A stretch of 51,993 nucleotides of DNA, filler included, from Bipalium vagum (lineage: Eukaryota): NCBI GenBank assembly GCA_037834085.1. It is 3 parts of 3 records of this genome, joined end to end, with 100 filler letters (N's around TTAATTAATTAA, not from the genome) between each part and the next. Parts side by side here need not be neighbours in the genome. Positions count along the whole stretch, not along the records: positions 34,762 to 51,993 come from JBBMKC010073965.1; 2 more parts are not named here. One strand, given 5' to 3'. Made by a program: the position numbers and the translations under genes. The notes beneath the pieces were generated by a model. The model did no database searches and was not told the origin of the DNA. It saw only the letters and a list, made by a program, of their open reading frames with translations. Positions 39,101 through 51,993 of this stretch are shown one piece after another. How positions within the stretch are numbered: the first letter of the stretch is position 1; each line of letters opens with the position of its first letter.

Positions 39101-41738
39101 ATATTAAGTTACAGTTTTTTAAATAAATAAATGTTTTAAATGTTGGTAATTTTTATAAAGTAATAATAATTTAATTTTAAAAGGTGAGATCCATGGTTGA
39201 AAAGCTTGTTTAAGTAATTTGATATAATGATATATATAATATTTTTAATTAATAATATATATAATATATCATTATTGCTTTAAATTTTGTATTATTATTT
39301 AAACTGACAACACAAGAATATAACTTCAATAGAATTTTTTTCTCTATGTAATCTGTTTAAAATAGTTAAATCTTCTTTTAATTGCATAATAACAAGTTTG
39401 ATTTCAAAACTATTTATTTAATATTCATACAAACAAATTTAGTCTAACTAAAATAAATATACAGAGTGTCCCATAAGTCCCCGTATAAAGTAAACTTAAA
39501 TATCTTTCATTACATTCAATCGATTGAAATTTCTATTTATAATATATTTATTTATATATATTTATAATAATTTTATATAATATTAAAGTATGTAAGTCTA
39601 AGTTTTGTTTTAATATTTTAAAATTAGATTTAGCAAATGCCGCTTGATTTGAAGTTCAGAATCAAAATTGTACTTTTATTGGCAAAATTCAACTCAATTT
39701 GTGTTAAACGGAAATTAAATGCCGAATTTGGGAAAACCTCACCAAGTGAAAGTGCTATAAGAGAGACTTTTCTGAGATTGTCTCGGTGAAAGATCGTGGA
39801 CGTTCTGGAAGGCCAAGGCTCATCACTGAAAATGAAGTTCAGAAAATGAGTGAAGTTATTGAAAGTGACCCCCCAAAGTGCTCGATCTGTTGCAACCACT
39901 TGGTCCACTTCGCAAACAACAACCCATCGAATTATGAGAGAACAGTTATCATTGAAACCCTTTAAGGTCCATTTCAGGCAGGTATTACGTGAAGAGGATT
40001 TGCAAGACAGAGTTGAGATGTGCAGAACCCTTGTGCCAATGTTAGGAAATGTGGATATTCAGGAAAAAATTTTTTTAAGATGAAGCAACTTTTTACCTAA
40101 AAGGATTAGTAATTAAACATAACGTCAGATATTGGTCAGAAAGTAATCCACATGTTACTTTTGAAACTGCTAAAAAATCCCAAAAGATAAATGTTTGGTG
40201 TGCTTTGTCAACAAATAAAATTATCGGTCCGTGTTTCTTTGAAGATGAGACTGTTAATGGCCAAAATTATCTATCAATGCTTCAAGACTATTTTATGTTT
40301 GAAGTAAGGAAAATGTACAAAGTACGGTCTGTGGTATTTCAGCAAGATGGAGCTCATGCGCATTTTTCATCAAATGTTCGATGATATCTTGACGCTCATC
40401 TTCCGAACAGGTGGATTGGAAGAGATGGTTCAATTCGATGGGCTCCACGTTCACCAGATTTTATTCCTTTTTACTTCTATTTATGGGGCCATTTAAAGAA
40501 TAAGATATACAAATCTGAAATCAAAAATATTAATGATTTGAAAACAATAATCACCAAAGAAAAAAACGTGTTACTACAGAAACTTTGAATAGCGTATTTT
40601 TAAATATTGTAAAAGGATGAATTTATGTATATCAGTTAATGGTGGTTATTTCGAACAATTGTAAATATTTTTATATGAAATAAAAATTAAAAGATTTGTC
40701 TTTAATTTTATAAAGCAAGCGATTAAATAGCTCAATCTGCTTAAGAAATATTTAGTTTACTTTCCCCAGGGACTTATGGGACACCCTAAAGCTTTATTAA
40801 AATGCTCTTTTCTTTTATATTAGTTTTATAACGATCCTTTTTCATTGTGGACATTTTTTATATCCGATATATCTACACTTATTTAAAAATAAAAATAACA
40901 AATAATTTTATGAATATTATTGGCTTAACAATAAACTAATTAGAGGATTTTAAAAATAAATTTTATTATTTTGAGTTTATCATTAGTGTTAATATTTTAT
41001 AACTTAATTTTATTTTAATATTGAGTAAGTGGATTATATTTTGAAATATATGATTAATTTCAATTTTATTAATGAATGTTAAGCTGAAAAATGTTTGATA
41101 ATACACAGTACAGTTTAAAATTGTTTATTATTATATTTCAATTTTACCATTCAAAAGTAACAGAAATTAAAGGGCACTCGTTGTTTCCACACCTTTCGAT
41201 TCAGTTTTTAGATACAATGTTGGTGTTGAAAATACACCTTCATTTCAAAAGTTAAAAGTTACGAATACTTTTTTCAAAATATTATTTACAGTTTTATAAA
41301 TTTTATGGAAAATTTTGAAATAAATAATTTTTTGTGTTTTTTAAATATTTTTCTTCGATTTTCTATTGATTTATGTGAAAACCTTAAAGATTCAGGTAAT
41401 AAAAACTCGTTTCAGCTTACAAAGGAAAGAAAGTATGCTTTTCCCCATCACAATATATAATATATTCACATGCAATAATAATATATAAAACATAATTCAA
41501 TAATTTATGTAATCTTATTTGGAATTTTAATTCTTTGGTCTTTTTTTAAAATTTTAAGTTATATAAAAAATATGTTAAATATTTCTGGTAGGCAATGGAC
41601 CCGGAAACGAAGTTCAAGCGAATTGAGGTTTGTGATTTACAAATAGAAATATTAAATTCCCTTAAAATATTTTAGGATTTTATTGATTATACTCTCCAAA
41701 TAATAGAAATTATCGAATCGAAACAATTGTTAATATAA
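36162..41738 (+). CDS. CCDC42/CFAP73-family (DUF4200) coiled-coil ciliary/flagellar protein
   Basis: Exons 36162-36211, 36257-36431, 36489-36703, 36733-36833, 36881-36993, 37569-37850, 41592-41627, 41676-41738 (TAA); all GT-AG and phase-consistent. Motifs FVDDNNGRYIKTL, YENFLLDVLSILPSDY, LLRRYKSLL and KFKRIEDFID match the CCDC42/CFAP73 pattern as recalled from the family. Confidence 0.7.
38480..39010 (+). mobile_element. Degenerate DD37E-like Tc1-superfamily fragment (intronic)
   Basis: PPNCLEL-like motif and a VQNLMEGIKRKVRQF C-terminus. Confidence 0.45.
39462..40788 (+). mobile_element. Near full-length rosa/Visitor (DD41D) transposon in intron 6 of the CCDC42-like gene, frameshifted
   Basis: TIRs CAGAGTGTCCCATAAGTCCC and GGGACTTATGGGACACCCT; ATG at 39637; DEATF..HNVRYW, VWCA and FQQDGA...WAPRSPDFIPF with 41-residue spacing. 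Confidence 0.9.
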
Positions 41739-43849
41739 TCACTAATTGATTTAATTGAAAATTACTTAAATTTTTCATTGTTTTTCATATTTTTTTGGTA
41801 AAAATGAAGGATTATTAAAATCTTTATCATTTATAACTTATGTTATCAAAAGAAACCTAATTGTCGAGATTGTCATATTTTTAATATTTGATATTCGATT
41901 TTGTGTAAAGAAAATAAAATTTTATTTGTTTGAATTAGTTTAATTCCAAATAATTATTGAAAATTAATTACCTTTTAAAAGAACTTTTTCAAATTGAACA
42001 TTGAAGAATATTGCTTCGGTGACCATCTACACTTGTTCAGATCCATAAAAATCAAAATTATTATTATTATTATTAACTCAATTCAAAAAAGCGTATCCCC
42101 TAGCGTATCTAATCTACCTGAGGATGCTATGGACTATTAATTATTAAGATCCCCTCTAATAAACACAGCAAACTAATTTAAAAGCTTTTTTTAAAATAAA
42201 ATGATGGCAAGACACTTTAATTATAACAAACAAACCCCTCACTCTAAAAGAAAAGACAATAAACTGCACCGGCAGTTTCAAAAAAACAAAACTACAATTT
42301 CAATTAAAAAGCTGTGCCAGAGAAAACCTTGAATATTGAATTTTAGCTGGCTTATATACTATTTTACTGCTTGTTTTAGCATCTCTGATTAACCAGTTAA
42401 CTTGTCAATCATGACGTTCTTTCTAAATTTAATTGTTACTAAAAATAATATAAATTTCTAAAAATTTCTGAAAATTATAATTTAAGAATTTTAGAGTGAC
42501 ATGATTCTGATTAAAAATCAGTAGTTGCTCCTAAAATAATATTTAAAATTTATTTAATTAATTTTAAATTAATAATTAATGATTAAAATACGTAATTTTA
42601 AATTAGCCAGCGTATTATTTAAATTTTATTTTTTGCCAAAATTTTATTTATAGAAACTTATAATATAGAAGTCAAACTTCAACTTATTTATATTAACTAA
42701 ACTCGCAATAAGATCTGATTTTACCAACTCCCTTTCACAATCTCAAATTAAGCGTAAGCCTAGAATTTTATTTAATTGATCATGACGACCCAAATTGTAA
42801 TTTTGTCATAATGCTTCAAATGACGAAATAAAATATAAAATAGAATGAAATAAAAATAAAATAAAATAACTTAATTAACAAAAATAATAAAAATATTGGA
42901 GACGATTTCAGGTCAGACCCATCAGTGGATTACCCGGGTCTATTAAAGTAACATAAATCCGAGAATAATCCTTATAGAAAAATTCTAATAATAACCAACC
43001 TTTTATTGTCGAAAATGTATTAATAATTTATTGCTAATTAGTTCATATTTTATTCCTCTGCTTACAATATTTCATAAACAATTTTCGTACCTGTCGATCC
43101 TCAATTCTGAGAGCTTTATTTATGGTTTTCACTAACCAATCAAGATGAGAGCTCTTAGACCTGTGAACTTGCCCAATGTTAAGAAAGAGATTAGGAACTG
43201 TCATTCATGGGCAGAAAAATAATGAACGCCCTTATTCAGGCAAACAAAATAACCCAAAAACTTATTCATTTCGCCCTTCTTTTAACAAAATTATACTTTG
43301 AAAAGCACTAAATCGGAGAAAAATAATTATTTTATTATGCTCGAGTTGGACAAAGTAATTTCCAGAGCTAATCAATCGTAAAATAATTACATATATAATA
43401 AGTCCTGTTGGAATCAAACAATCTAGCTCTAACCTGAACTACAATTCACTGTTCGGAGAGCCCTTATCTTCTGCAAACCTTAATTAGGCTTAAAAATATA
43501 TTTAAAAAAAATTATTATTATTAATATCATTATGAGTTCAAAATCTAATAAAAACAATCGATCCCGCAGAAGAACTCAAGCAAAATGAACATAGTTAATT
43601 TAAAACAATATAAAACATTACCTATTGGCTAACACGAGACAACATTACACCTAAACTGTGGTGGTTTATGTCCTGTATTAATATATGTACCGGAAAATGT
43701 TCCGAATTAGATAATTCTTCATGTCATGTGGATAATATAATATTTGGATGATCTCTGTCCAGCATTTTATTACGATACAAATGTTTATCTTAAGCTAAGC
43801 AAAACTAAATATTGGGTTGAAAACAAATTAATTACACAATTTTATTGAT

Positions 43850-44330
43850 AACAAAATACTATGACAAATTAAGAAAAATAAAAGGAAGTAATGTGCGTGA
43901 AAGTCATATATCAATTATTAATGTAATCACTATTTTGAAGGAGCACATATTATTTCCAATGAAGGGGTAAATCATTGGTTATAAAAGATAATTTTTTTAC
44001 TACCAAAAAAGTTCGTAAGTAAAACTTTCAAATCGTCATCATTTGCCGATGTTTTGAAATTCAACCAGTTCTGTAAGACCGGGAATAGATGATAATCTAT
44101 TGATAGACATGGGAAAACTTCCCACCTCAACTGAAAACGTTTTTCACGACTAATGTTGACTTTGTTCGTTAGGACTTACTTGATTGACATCTTCTCTGAC
44201 AGTAAATATATAATCAGTTCACTAGCGATCCTACTTATGTGAAGTTGAAAAATTTCTTCATGTTTTCTATCATTCGTATTTTATAAATCTTATCTCGAGA
44301 CATTTCTAAATTTATTTCTCGTGTTTATGA
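43850..44330 (-). mobile_element. Highly degenerate mariner remnant
   Basis: C-terminal pattern DDDLKVLLTNFFGSK..LPLHWK*..NSDYI. Confidence 0.45.
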
Positions 44331-44577
44331 AAAGATTATTATTAAATATAATGTATTAATGAAAACTATAAATACTTTATTTATGAATCCTACTTCTCTT
44401 TTTAGAAGTCAGATCATTAAAACAAAATATTAATAATAAATAATAGACATCGATTGTTATTTATATCCAAACAATTTATTTAAATGACGAACAATAATTA
44501 CCAATAGGCAATAAGTATCAATAGTTATCACTGAATAAAATTGTGATGTCCTTATCAAGAAATTTGCGTTAACCTTT

Positions 44578-47500
44578 TCAATGATTATTCAGAGTACCGC
44601 AACGGGAGCAATAATTAGCTGAGACAGAAGAAAACTCAAAGCCACAATTTTCACAAAACCTGAGACCCTTTTTTGAGGATAGTGATCTAGGAATGTTAAC
44701 ATCACGGAAGAATGTGTCATCTCGAGATAGAAATCGTTTTTTCACTGATGAATAAGGAGAATGTATGGTTGCGTCGTTATAATATTCCAGGATCCCGTTG
44801 AAATTAGACATTTGTTTCTGAAAACCTTCTCCTGGTATGACATCCGGTAAAACCATATAGGGAGACAAGAAAGTTGGAGCAGATATTTTAGGAATAAATT
44901 CCAAAAATGAACTGTCTTGAATAAAAGGATTTCCTGGATGGATACCTTGAGGCCAATGAGATAGTTGAGGTATGCTGTTATGTGATGGATATAGGTATAC
45001 TGGCTGGTATTGAAATGAAGGTGTCAAAACCCTTGGCTAATTACAGAAGAAAATTGAAAATAATAATTTTAATTTAACAATTTCACATTTTTTATTGCTT
45101 TTTAAAATTATTTTAATTTTATAAAAATGTTTTATTATATAAATAATTTGATAAATATTTATAATAATATAAAATTAGTAAAGAACATTGAAAATATAAA
45201 AATATTAGACTGTTGAGAAAATACAGCCGAAGAACATGCTGAACATTATCGCTTCAAGCTTCATAGCTATGATTTAAAAACTCGCTAGGTGCTTTAAGGT
45301 TCTTCAGGGGTCGCAGATGAATCACATGGGCCACAGCCAGAGACTGGAGGCATGTATGACATAAGCAATTATTGTATATATAAATCTGATTACTGTACAC
45401 TGTACAGATGTGAAGTGTTATAATAAATATACCTTATTGTAGTATAGAATAATTTAACCGAGGCGAAATTCATCTACCTTTAATCTAAACTAAAGTATCA
45501 TAGAGGTCACGAAGAACATTTCAAAAATGTACAGTGAGTTAAAAGTCATGAAAAATACCCAAGATGATTCAAAATATTCAAAAATATACACGAACAAAAA
45601 GAAGAAAAAAGTTGAATGGATTAATAGACAAATTAAGAATGTCTACCAGGGACCCTTCACATGCAAGTGGACTGCTCTGACCACTGAGTTACATCTCCAG
45701 ACTAATTTTCAATTTATATCACAATTAATATTGATTTAAGGTACATAATTGGTAACATGTTTATTGTTTTTGTAAAGATTTAGGTTGAATTCGAAAAAAA
45801 AATTTGATTTCATGCCAACCTCATATGAGATATTTCTTAAAAATTAATAATGTTGGGTTGGCAAAAGATACACGGGTCCTGTGCAATTTTGTCGCTTATG
45901 AATGAACCAGTTTGAGTCATTTAATGACCTTAAGACCCATCGCCAGCAAGCGATGAGCTGATAAAGTTATTATTTATTTATACTTCTTTGTGTATTTTTA
46001 AAATAATAAGGTAATTTGAAATACTTATGATTAACAATTTGATCGATTTCATTAACTAACCTTTATTTATCGATTATTCGTTTATATTTAATTGATTATT
46101 TGATTGTTATTTTATTTGATCTGTTGATCTTTTCTTTCGATTAATTTGGTTTAAAATACGGATCAATTTGATCGTATTCTGTTGATAAACTCGAATCATT
46201 CATTGATTTTGATCGTGTACCATTGTGGTGATTGAATAAAGTTTTATTATGATTATTTTAATTCAGATAAATTCAAACACTCTATTAGCTAAAGTGAGAG
46301 AGTCAGTGAAACCCAGAGCTAAGTGTTACACAAATTCTCATAGTAGTAAAAAGTAATAATAATGAAAAATATTATACAATAGGACTAAAAGACATACATA
46401 ATTTGGTATGGGATCAGTTTGAATCTTTGTTGAAATGGACTTTTGGTGCGGCATTATCGAATTGTTTTTATCAATGATGTAAACTGCCGGTACATTTTTT
46501 TCACTGACTTGATCAAAAAAACGAGTTTTCTTAACACTTTTCTTTTCCCTTGCCATTACCTGTCCATAAGGTTTGTGAGTTGCTGAGTTACCTGTCTTAT
46601 CATGAAAATCTTTCAAGAATATAAATATACTTTTCAGATCAATGAAAGTTGGTTCAGAAATCAGTTGATACTTTTTAATTCCATTATTATATAAAGGGGT
46701 AAGCTGTCTTTTATCGGTAAATCTCGATTTTTGAAAACCGCTTCTTAAGTTTCTGCCTCCAATATAATTAGAGCTGGGTTTTATTTCTTTCAGTTTTGGA
46801 GGAGTAAGGATGGTTTTTCTTGTTTTGCCTCGAGGATTATACTACAGAAAAAATATTAAGAAAAAATTATTTCTGAAAAACCTGAGTACGAATTGCCAAT
46901 TTTGATTTGGCATCCCAGTTCACCTTATAGGCAGGCATTCGAGAATGAACCTCTTCGCAAAACTTTATATGTCTTTCTGCAGAACCTTCTTGGAACGATC
47001 GTAAGCAATGTGGACATTCCTTCATATCTGTATACGTCTTTTGAATTTGAATCTTGAAAAAATCGAACTCACTCTTATTTTGATGAAGTTCTCGATTCCC
47101 AATACGGGTTTTCTCAGAGGACTTATCCACGCTAGGGGTCTTCAATGGTTCTTTATTCAGTTTTTCTTTACTCTTAGGCCAACGATGGAAATCTACTCCG
47201 TTTACTTTAATGATATTGGGATCTCTTGCATTTTTATGATTCTTAAAATCTTCAGGTAACGAAATTTTTCGTTGGCTTTTACTATCGAAAACCGATCTCT
47301 TCTTTGTGAAAATCTTTTTACATACCGCTTCATGTTTTTTCTGAATGGTTTTTATTAATAAGATTATGAAATAACTAATAAATAATAATAATAATAATAA
47401 AATTTAAAAAAATAAATAAATAAATAAAAATAATAAATAAGGTCTCATCATTAGAGATTCGGGTCATTAATCTCTTAGGCAACGTATTGGATTCTGGATT

Positions 47501-49567
47501 ATCATGAGACGGCGGATAATGGACAGTGAAGTTGGGTGAAGATAGATGGACAGATTTTTGAAATGTTATAGGATTCTGGTGTTTTGTGTTGAGTGAGTAA
47601 TGCTGGAAGAAAATAGGAAGCCGTAACTATCTTCAAGTAAATTGTTACTAAGCAATGTCTTCTCGACAAGAGATGAATTACAGTTGGGTAGTTTTAAAAC
47701 GAGAACTAGCTGAAACTGAAAGGAATGCAAAGCATCTCTGATTGTCGTAAAAATTGAGTCCGAGTTTCATTATGAGTGTTGACATGATGAAGACGTTTGG
47801 TGTCCAATTATTTGAAATCAACAACATTGAATGAAGTGACCTTAGCGAAAAATATTTCAGATGAAGATCGAATAAATTAAGCAAGAGAATTTTCTAAAAA
47901 TGAACGAAATATATAATTACATCATATATTTCGTCAATTTGGGAACACATTCATGGCACCTAATTTTGACATTGGACAAACATCGTTGGTTTAAAATGAT
48001 ATCATTGTGACTGGCACACCAATTTTGCACAACCCAGAAGGTACCCGATGCATCTGGAAGGAGAAATTGATGAAATGGTATCGCAACTTAATACAGGTGG
48101 AGTGATTTCGAGATGTAACAGTCGTTGAAATTCTGCATTCGTTGTGGTCGGAAAGAAGGATGGCTCAATTCCGATGCCCGACATGCAGATGTAATACTGT
48201 TTGAAATATTTTTCGTTCATGGGCTTGGAAGAATACTACCAAGTTGCGTTGTCAGTGAAATCGAGGTTGATAACAGCTTTCAGTACTAAACAGGGACAGT
48301 TTTGGTTTAATCGATTGCCTTTTGAGCTGGTAACAGCATCACCAACCTTTCAGAAATTTGTGCAAAAATTGTTGGAGGGCTTAATATTCAATGGTGTTTT
48401 AGTATATCTTAATGACATTGTGGTCTACGGAGAAGGGGGGGCGATGATATTTTAGTAGAAGAACTTGGAAGAATAGCTAAAGCAGGTTTGAAGTTGAATC
48501 CAAAGAAATGTAAGTTTCATCAGCATGAATTGTTCTTCTTGGGTCACAGGGTTAGCGTCAACGGAATTCAAACAAATAGATGATTAAAGAGATATTGAAG
48601 GTCGAACCTCCTGGTTTTAAGTCTCAAATGAGATATTTTTTTTATTAACAAATTATTATAGCCTTTTTATCAAAAACATGCGAATATCGTAGCCCCACTA
48701 CACTCCGCATTTCTGGTGGAGAAAAAAACTACAATGAACGGACCAAAGCCGGAAAAGTTTTCAAGAATTGAAGGACAGATTATTCCAAGCTCAAATTTTG
48801 GATTTTTCGATACAATAATATTTTTATAACAAGGGGGTAAAATTTTGAAACGGTGGTTTGAATTGACAGTTCTTCACTTTTTATGTTTACCAGACGTTAC
48901 TTCGTTTGCTTTTCATACATTCTTCCCAAGATACCACTTTAAGAGATGAGTACCTTGTCAGTGATGAAGATATCAAATACTTTATTAATAATTTCATCAG
49001 ATACAAAAATCGGATGAATTTTTAAGGTAGACATCCAAAAATTCTTTTAAAAATCACCTTAGAAAAGAAAGCTGGATGAATCGATTAAAAATGAAAATCA
49101 GATTTTTTTTTGAAAATCTTGAAAACCTTATTGATTTAATTCGATGGTCTAATATTTAATTTCCTAATTGTGCAATAGATTATATTTTACACTATATACT
49201 ATTTCATTGGTTTAAATATTTAAAAACAATATAAAATTTGTTATTGGTTTGTAAATATATCAAAATTATACTTGAATTTTATTTCGATATAATGAGAGAA
49301 TTAATTGATTTTTGTGACAATTTTTATAGGAAATTTTTACCTAATTTCCTTTATGATGAAATTATTTTTTAATCAACAGCTTTTTCTCAATTGAATATTT
49401 TTGTATAAAAGCGCTTAGAATAATATTTAAGTGCAATATAAATCGGCTGCAGGTATGGAAAAGCTGAGCAATATTTATTATAGTCAAAATACCAAAGAAG
49501 ACATTTGAAATGATCGATTACAAGTCGCACAAGTCTCGAGTTTTTGGGTTTCAGTTTTTCCTTTCAT
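44578..49567 (-). CDS. ZC2HC1: Zinc finger C2HC domain-containing protein 1 (ZC2HC1A/B, FAM164-like), about 478 aa
   Basis: Exons 49567-49493, 47340-46882, 46841-46398, 45036-44578 (TGA); all junctions are phase 0. First finger CATCNRSF..SL|KKHEAVCKK..KKRSVFDSKSQR, second finger CPHCLRSFQEGSAERHIKFC..RTQ|YNP, and C-terminal ribbon RFCENCGFEF..ANYCSRCG. A possible extra exon lies at 46288-46061. Confidence 0.9.
47990..48810 (+). mobile_element. Ty3/gypsy RT-RNase H fragment in ZC2HC1 intron 1 (antisense to the gene)
   Basis: NSAFVVVGKKDGS, YYQV, ITAFST.QGQFWFNRLPFEL, VYLNDIVV and AGLKLNPKKC..FLGH motifs, with frameshifts. Confidence 0.9.
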
Positions 49568-50019
49568 TTATTTAATGGATTTAAAATTCAGATAATTATA
49601 ATACCTGACATTTATTAAGTATTAATAACAGTAATAGTGTCTATAAATTTAATTTGTCTCCAAGAAATATTTCGAATTGACACTATTTATGTATCTATGA
49701 ATTCGTATATTAAAACAAAGTTATATTATATTATAAGAATTATTTACAGTTATTTATAAATTAATAAAAAAATAATAGATAAAGTTAAATTTATAACATA
49801 AAACTATTATTTTAGAAATTTTTACACTTACCAAAGTGACTATGTAATGGAATTATTTCGAAGTCTGCAATTTAATTTTCTATTAAATAGAAAAAATTAA
49901 TTAATAACATTTGAAATTTTGACCATCAGCCCTATGATTCCTCAGTTAACTGAAAAAAATATTTGCAAAAATGTATCCACTATTTTACTGATGCAGTTTT
50001 CATCAACCTTCATAAAGTG

Positions 50020-50700
50020 TTAGGTGTACCAGTTAATTCTGCGAATGTTTAAAAAATACAAAATGCTTTTATTTTAAAGACAACACAATTATATTATACA
50101 CATGTCCCATCTTTAGATGTAAGATTGGTCCAATTTTCTGATAACTTGTGAATGACATTGTAAAAATATTTTTTCCTTGGACAAAATCCATTAATCGAGC
50201 CAAAATATGATTTCATCATAATTGCGAAAGCAACAGTTCCAACAGTCCATATGCCATCGATCTGAATAAATAAAAATCAGATAGCACAATGTCTGGCGAA
50301 TGTGGCGGATGAAATAAGACTTTCCATCCAAGTTTTTTACAATTATCCTTGACTGAGTTTGCTACATAAGCTACACCATTGTCATGTAACAGAATAACGT
50401 TCTCATATTTCTTGTCAAAATTTGGACGTTTCTGCTTCAATGTCAGATTTTGGATCAACTGTTGTTTATAACGATTGGCGTTGACTATTTTACCATTGTT
50501 TAATAACTCATAGATGGCTACACCGTTCTTGTCACACCAGGTACACAACAAAGCCTTCTTCGAGTGAATATTTAGCTTGACAGTCGAAGTTGATAGTTGG
50601 CCTGGATCAACTCATGATTTCTTGCGTTTTGTATTTTTAAAATAAATCCATTTTTCATTACTTGTAGCAACACGATGTAGAAACGAATTTCTTCAGTATT
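50020..50700 (-). mobile_element. mariner DD34D 3' half, mauritiana (Mos1)-like
   Basis: ORF 50216-50551 LHDNG...HPPHSPDIVLSDFYLF with 34-residue spacing; TTAGGTGTACCAGT TIR at 50020. Confidence 0.9.
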
Positions 50701-51993
50701 GTGGAGACTCCAAAATCAACAATCCAAAGAACAAGAGACCCAAAACGGTGAAAACAGTACTTTATAATATTTGTGATCTGATGATAATAATATTATGCAA
50801 TAACCCTTTTGTATATCTAATTATTTTATAAATTTATGATGATATCTAGTTATTCTATAAATCTGACTCTTTAATTTATGTAAAAACTCTTCTTTTTGTG
50901 TGATGTATTTAGTTATTTTATAATAAAAAGTTTCTTTATAAAAATATATTCATGAACCTTAAAGAAATTTGTTTTGTAAATCATCCTTAATTTAAACAAT
51001 ATGTAAATATAAATAAAATAATAAATAATTAAAAGCATATATAAATTATTAGTTAGTAAATAATTATTGAAATAAAATAATAAATAATATAATAAATTTA
51101 TTAAAAGTGAAAAAATTATCATTTTAAGAGTCGCATACTGGAAGAGTTTAAAATAGGGACAACAAAATATTACTATAATAAATAATAAGGGAAATTTTTA
51201 TAATACAAAGAGAAAGAATAAAAAATAAAAATTTAAATAGTAACAAAAACATATAAGAAAATCATTAGAGGAAACAAGAGAGTTGCTGCTTTTGAAAAAT
51301 CAGGCAGAAATAATAATATAAATGGAGAATAAAAATGTAGAAAGTCAGAAATAAATTAAGACTTTACATTATCGCAAACCGAAGCTTAAGTTCATGAATT
51401 CAAAAAATAGCAAGCCTACAACAAATTGAAACAGAATGATCAATTGAAGAATTATAAATCGCGAATCAACAAAAACCTACGCAAGTTGAATAATAGTAAT
51501 CTAACAATGTGGTCAACTAAAACCTATGCAATTGGAACAACAGTATTCTACCGAGAAATATATAAAAAGACGTGAGAAAAATTTTTAAAAAAAAGAGAAC
51601 AATCAGACTTCCAGTTAATTTTAATTTATATTTAATAAATAAACTTGTTGCACTACGTGTAACAAAGTCATAATTATTATTTAATATATACTTATCTAAT
51701 ATTTCAATTTACTAACTTGTGATCTCAGTGTCAACAAGACTGTTGGGTTTACCAAGACACCCCCACGGGGAAAAATAAATGACAAAGATTATAAATAATG
51801 TATAAATACTACTACTAATATTATTATTAATAATAATATTAATAATTAAAATTAATTAATACTTGAAAATCATTGAAAATTTCCCAGGAATTTTATTTTT
51901 AAGATACTTAAAAAAAAAGAAAATCCTCGAAAATAATTTGTAATTTTAAAGCAGTCTAAAAGAGGCATTTTAATAAATAATAAGGATAATCAT

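Noticed and set aside
50913-51122. Hydrophobic I/L/Y/N-rich ORF (likewise 8055-8291 and 6241-6465)
   Set aside because: Chance ORFs in low-complexity AT-rich DNA.
50700-51760. Possible LTR retrotransposon integrase tail and LTR remnants
   Set aside because: Too degenerate; no diagnostic motif.
1-51993. CRISPR arrays, rRNA, tRNA or prokaryotic systems
   Set aside because: None recognised; the sequence is eukaryotic with spliceosomal introns.

Overview
Very AT-rich eukaryotic nuclear DNA, probably animal (inferred from Ig/FN3-like motifs, ciliary genes and invertebrate-type Tc1/mariner families). It has three assembly gaps and about 20 decayed transposon copies: mariner DD34D, Tc1 DD34E, maT DD37D, DD37E-like, DD39D-like, rosa/Visitor DD41D, pogo/Tigger-like and Ty3/gypsy. 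Two conserved spliced genes can be built under the standard code: a CCDC42/CFAP73-family coiled-coil gene (+, 36162-41738) and a ZC2HC1-family zinc-finger gene (-, 44578-49567). Two further large multi-exon genes are nearly invisible in the ORF track: an Ig/FN3-like gene (-, about 1943-11227) and a helical/WD40-like gene (+, about 22320-33234). Their GT-AG-bounded exons chain in consistent phase without frameshifts, the transposons fall in their introns, and yet they carry dozens of in-frame TAA, TAG and TGA codons. TGA falls on expected Ig/FN3 Trp positions and TAA/TAG sit in Gln-like contexts. The main hypothesis is an ambiguous nuclear genetic code in which all three stop codons are also sense codons (TAR=Gln, TGA=Trp). 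Pseudogenisation is the main alternative. All gene models were built by hand and need RNA-seq and homology confirmation. In translations, [Q] and [W] mark in-frame stop codons read under that hypothesis.
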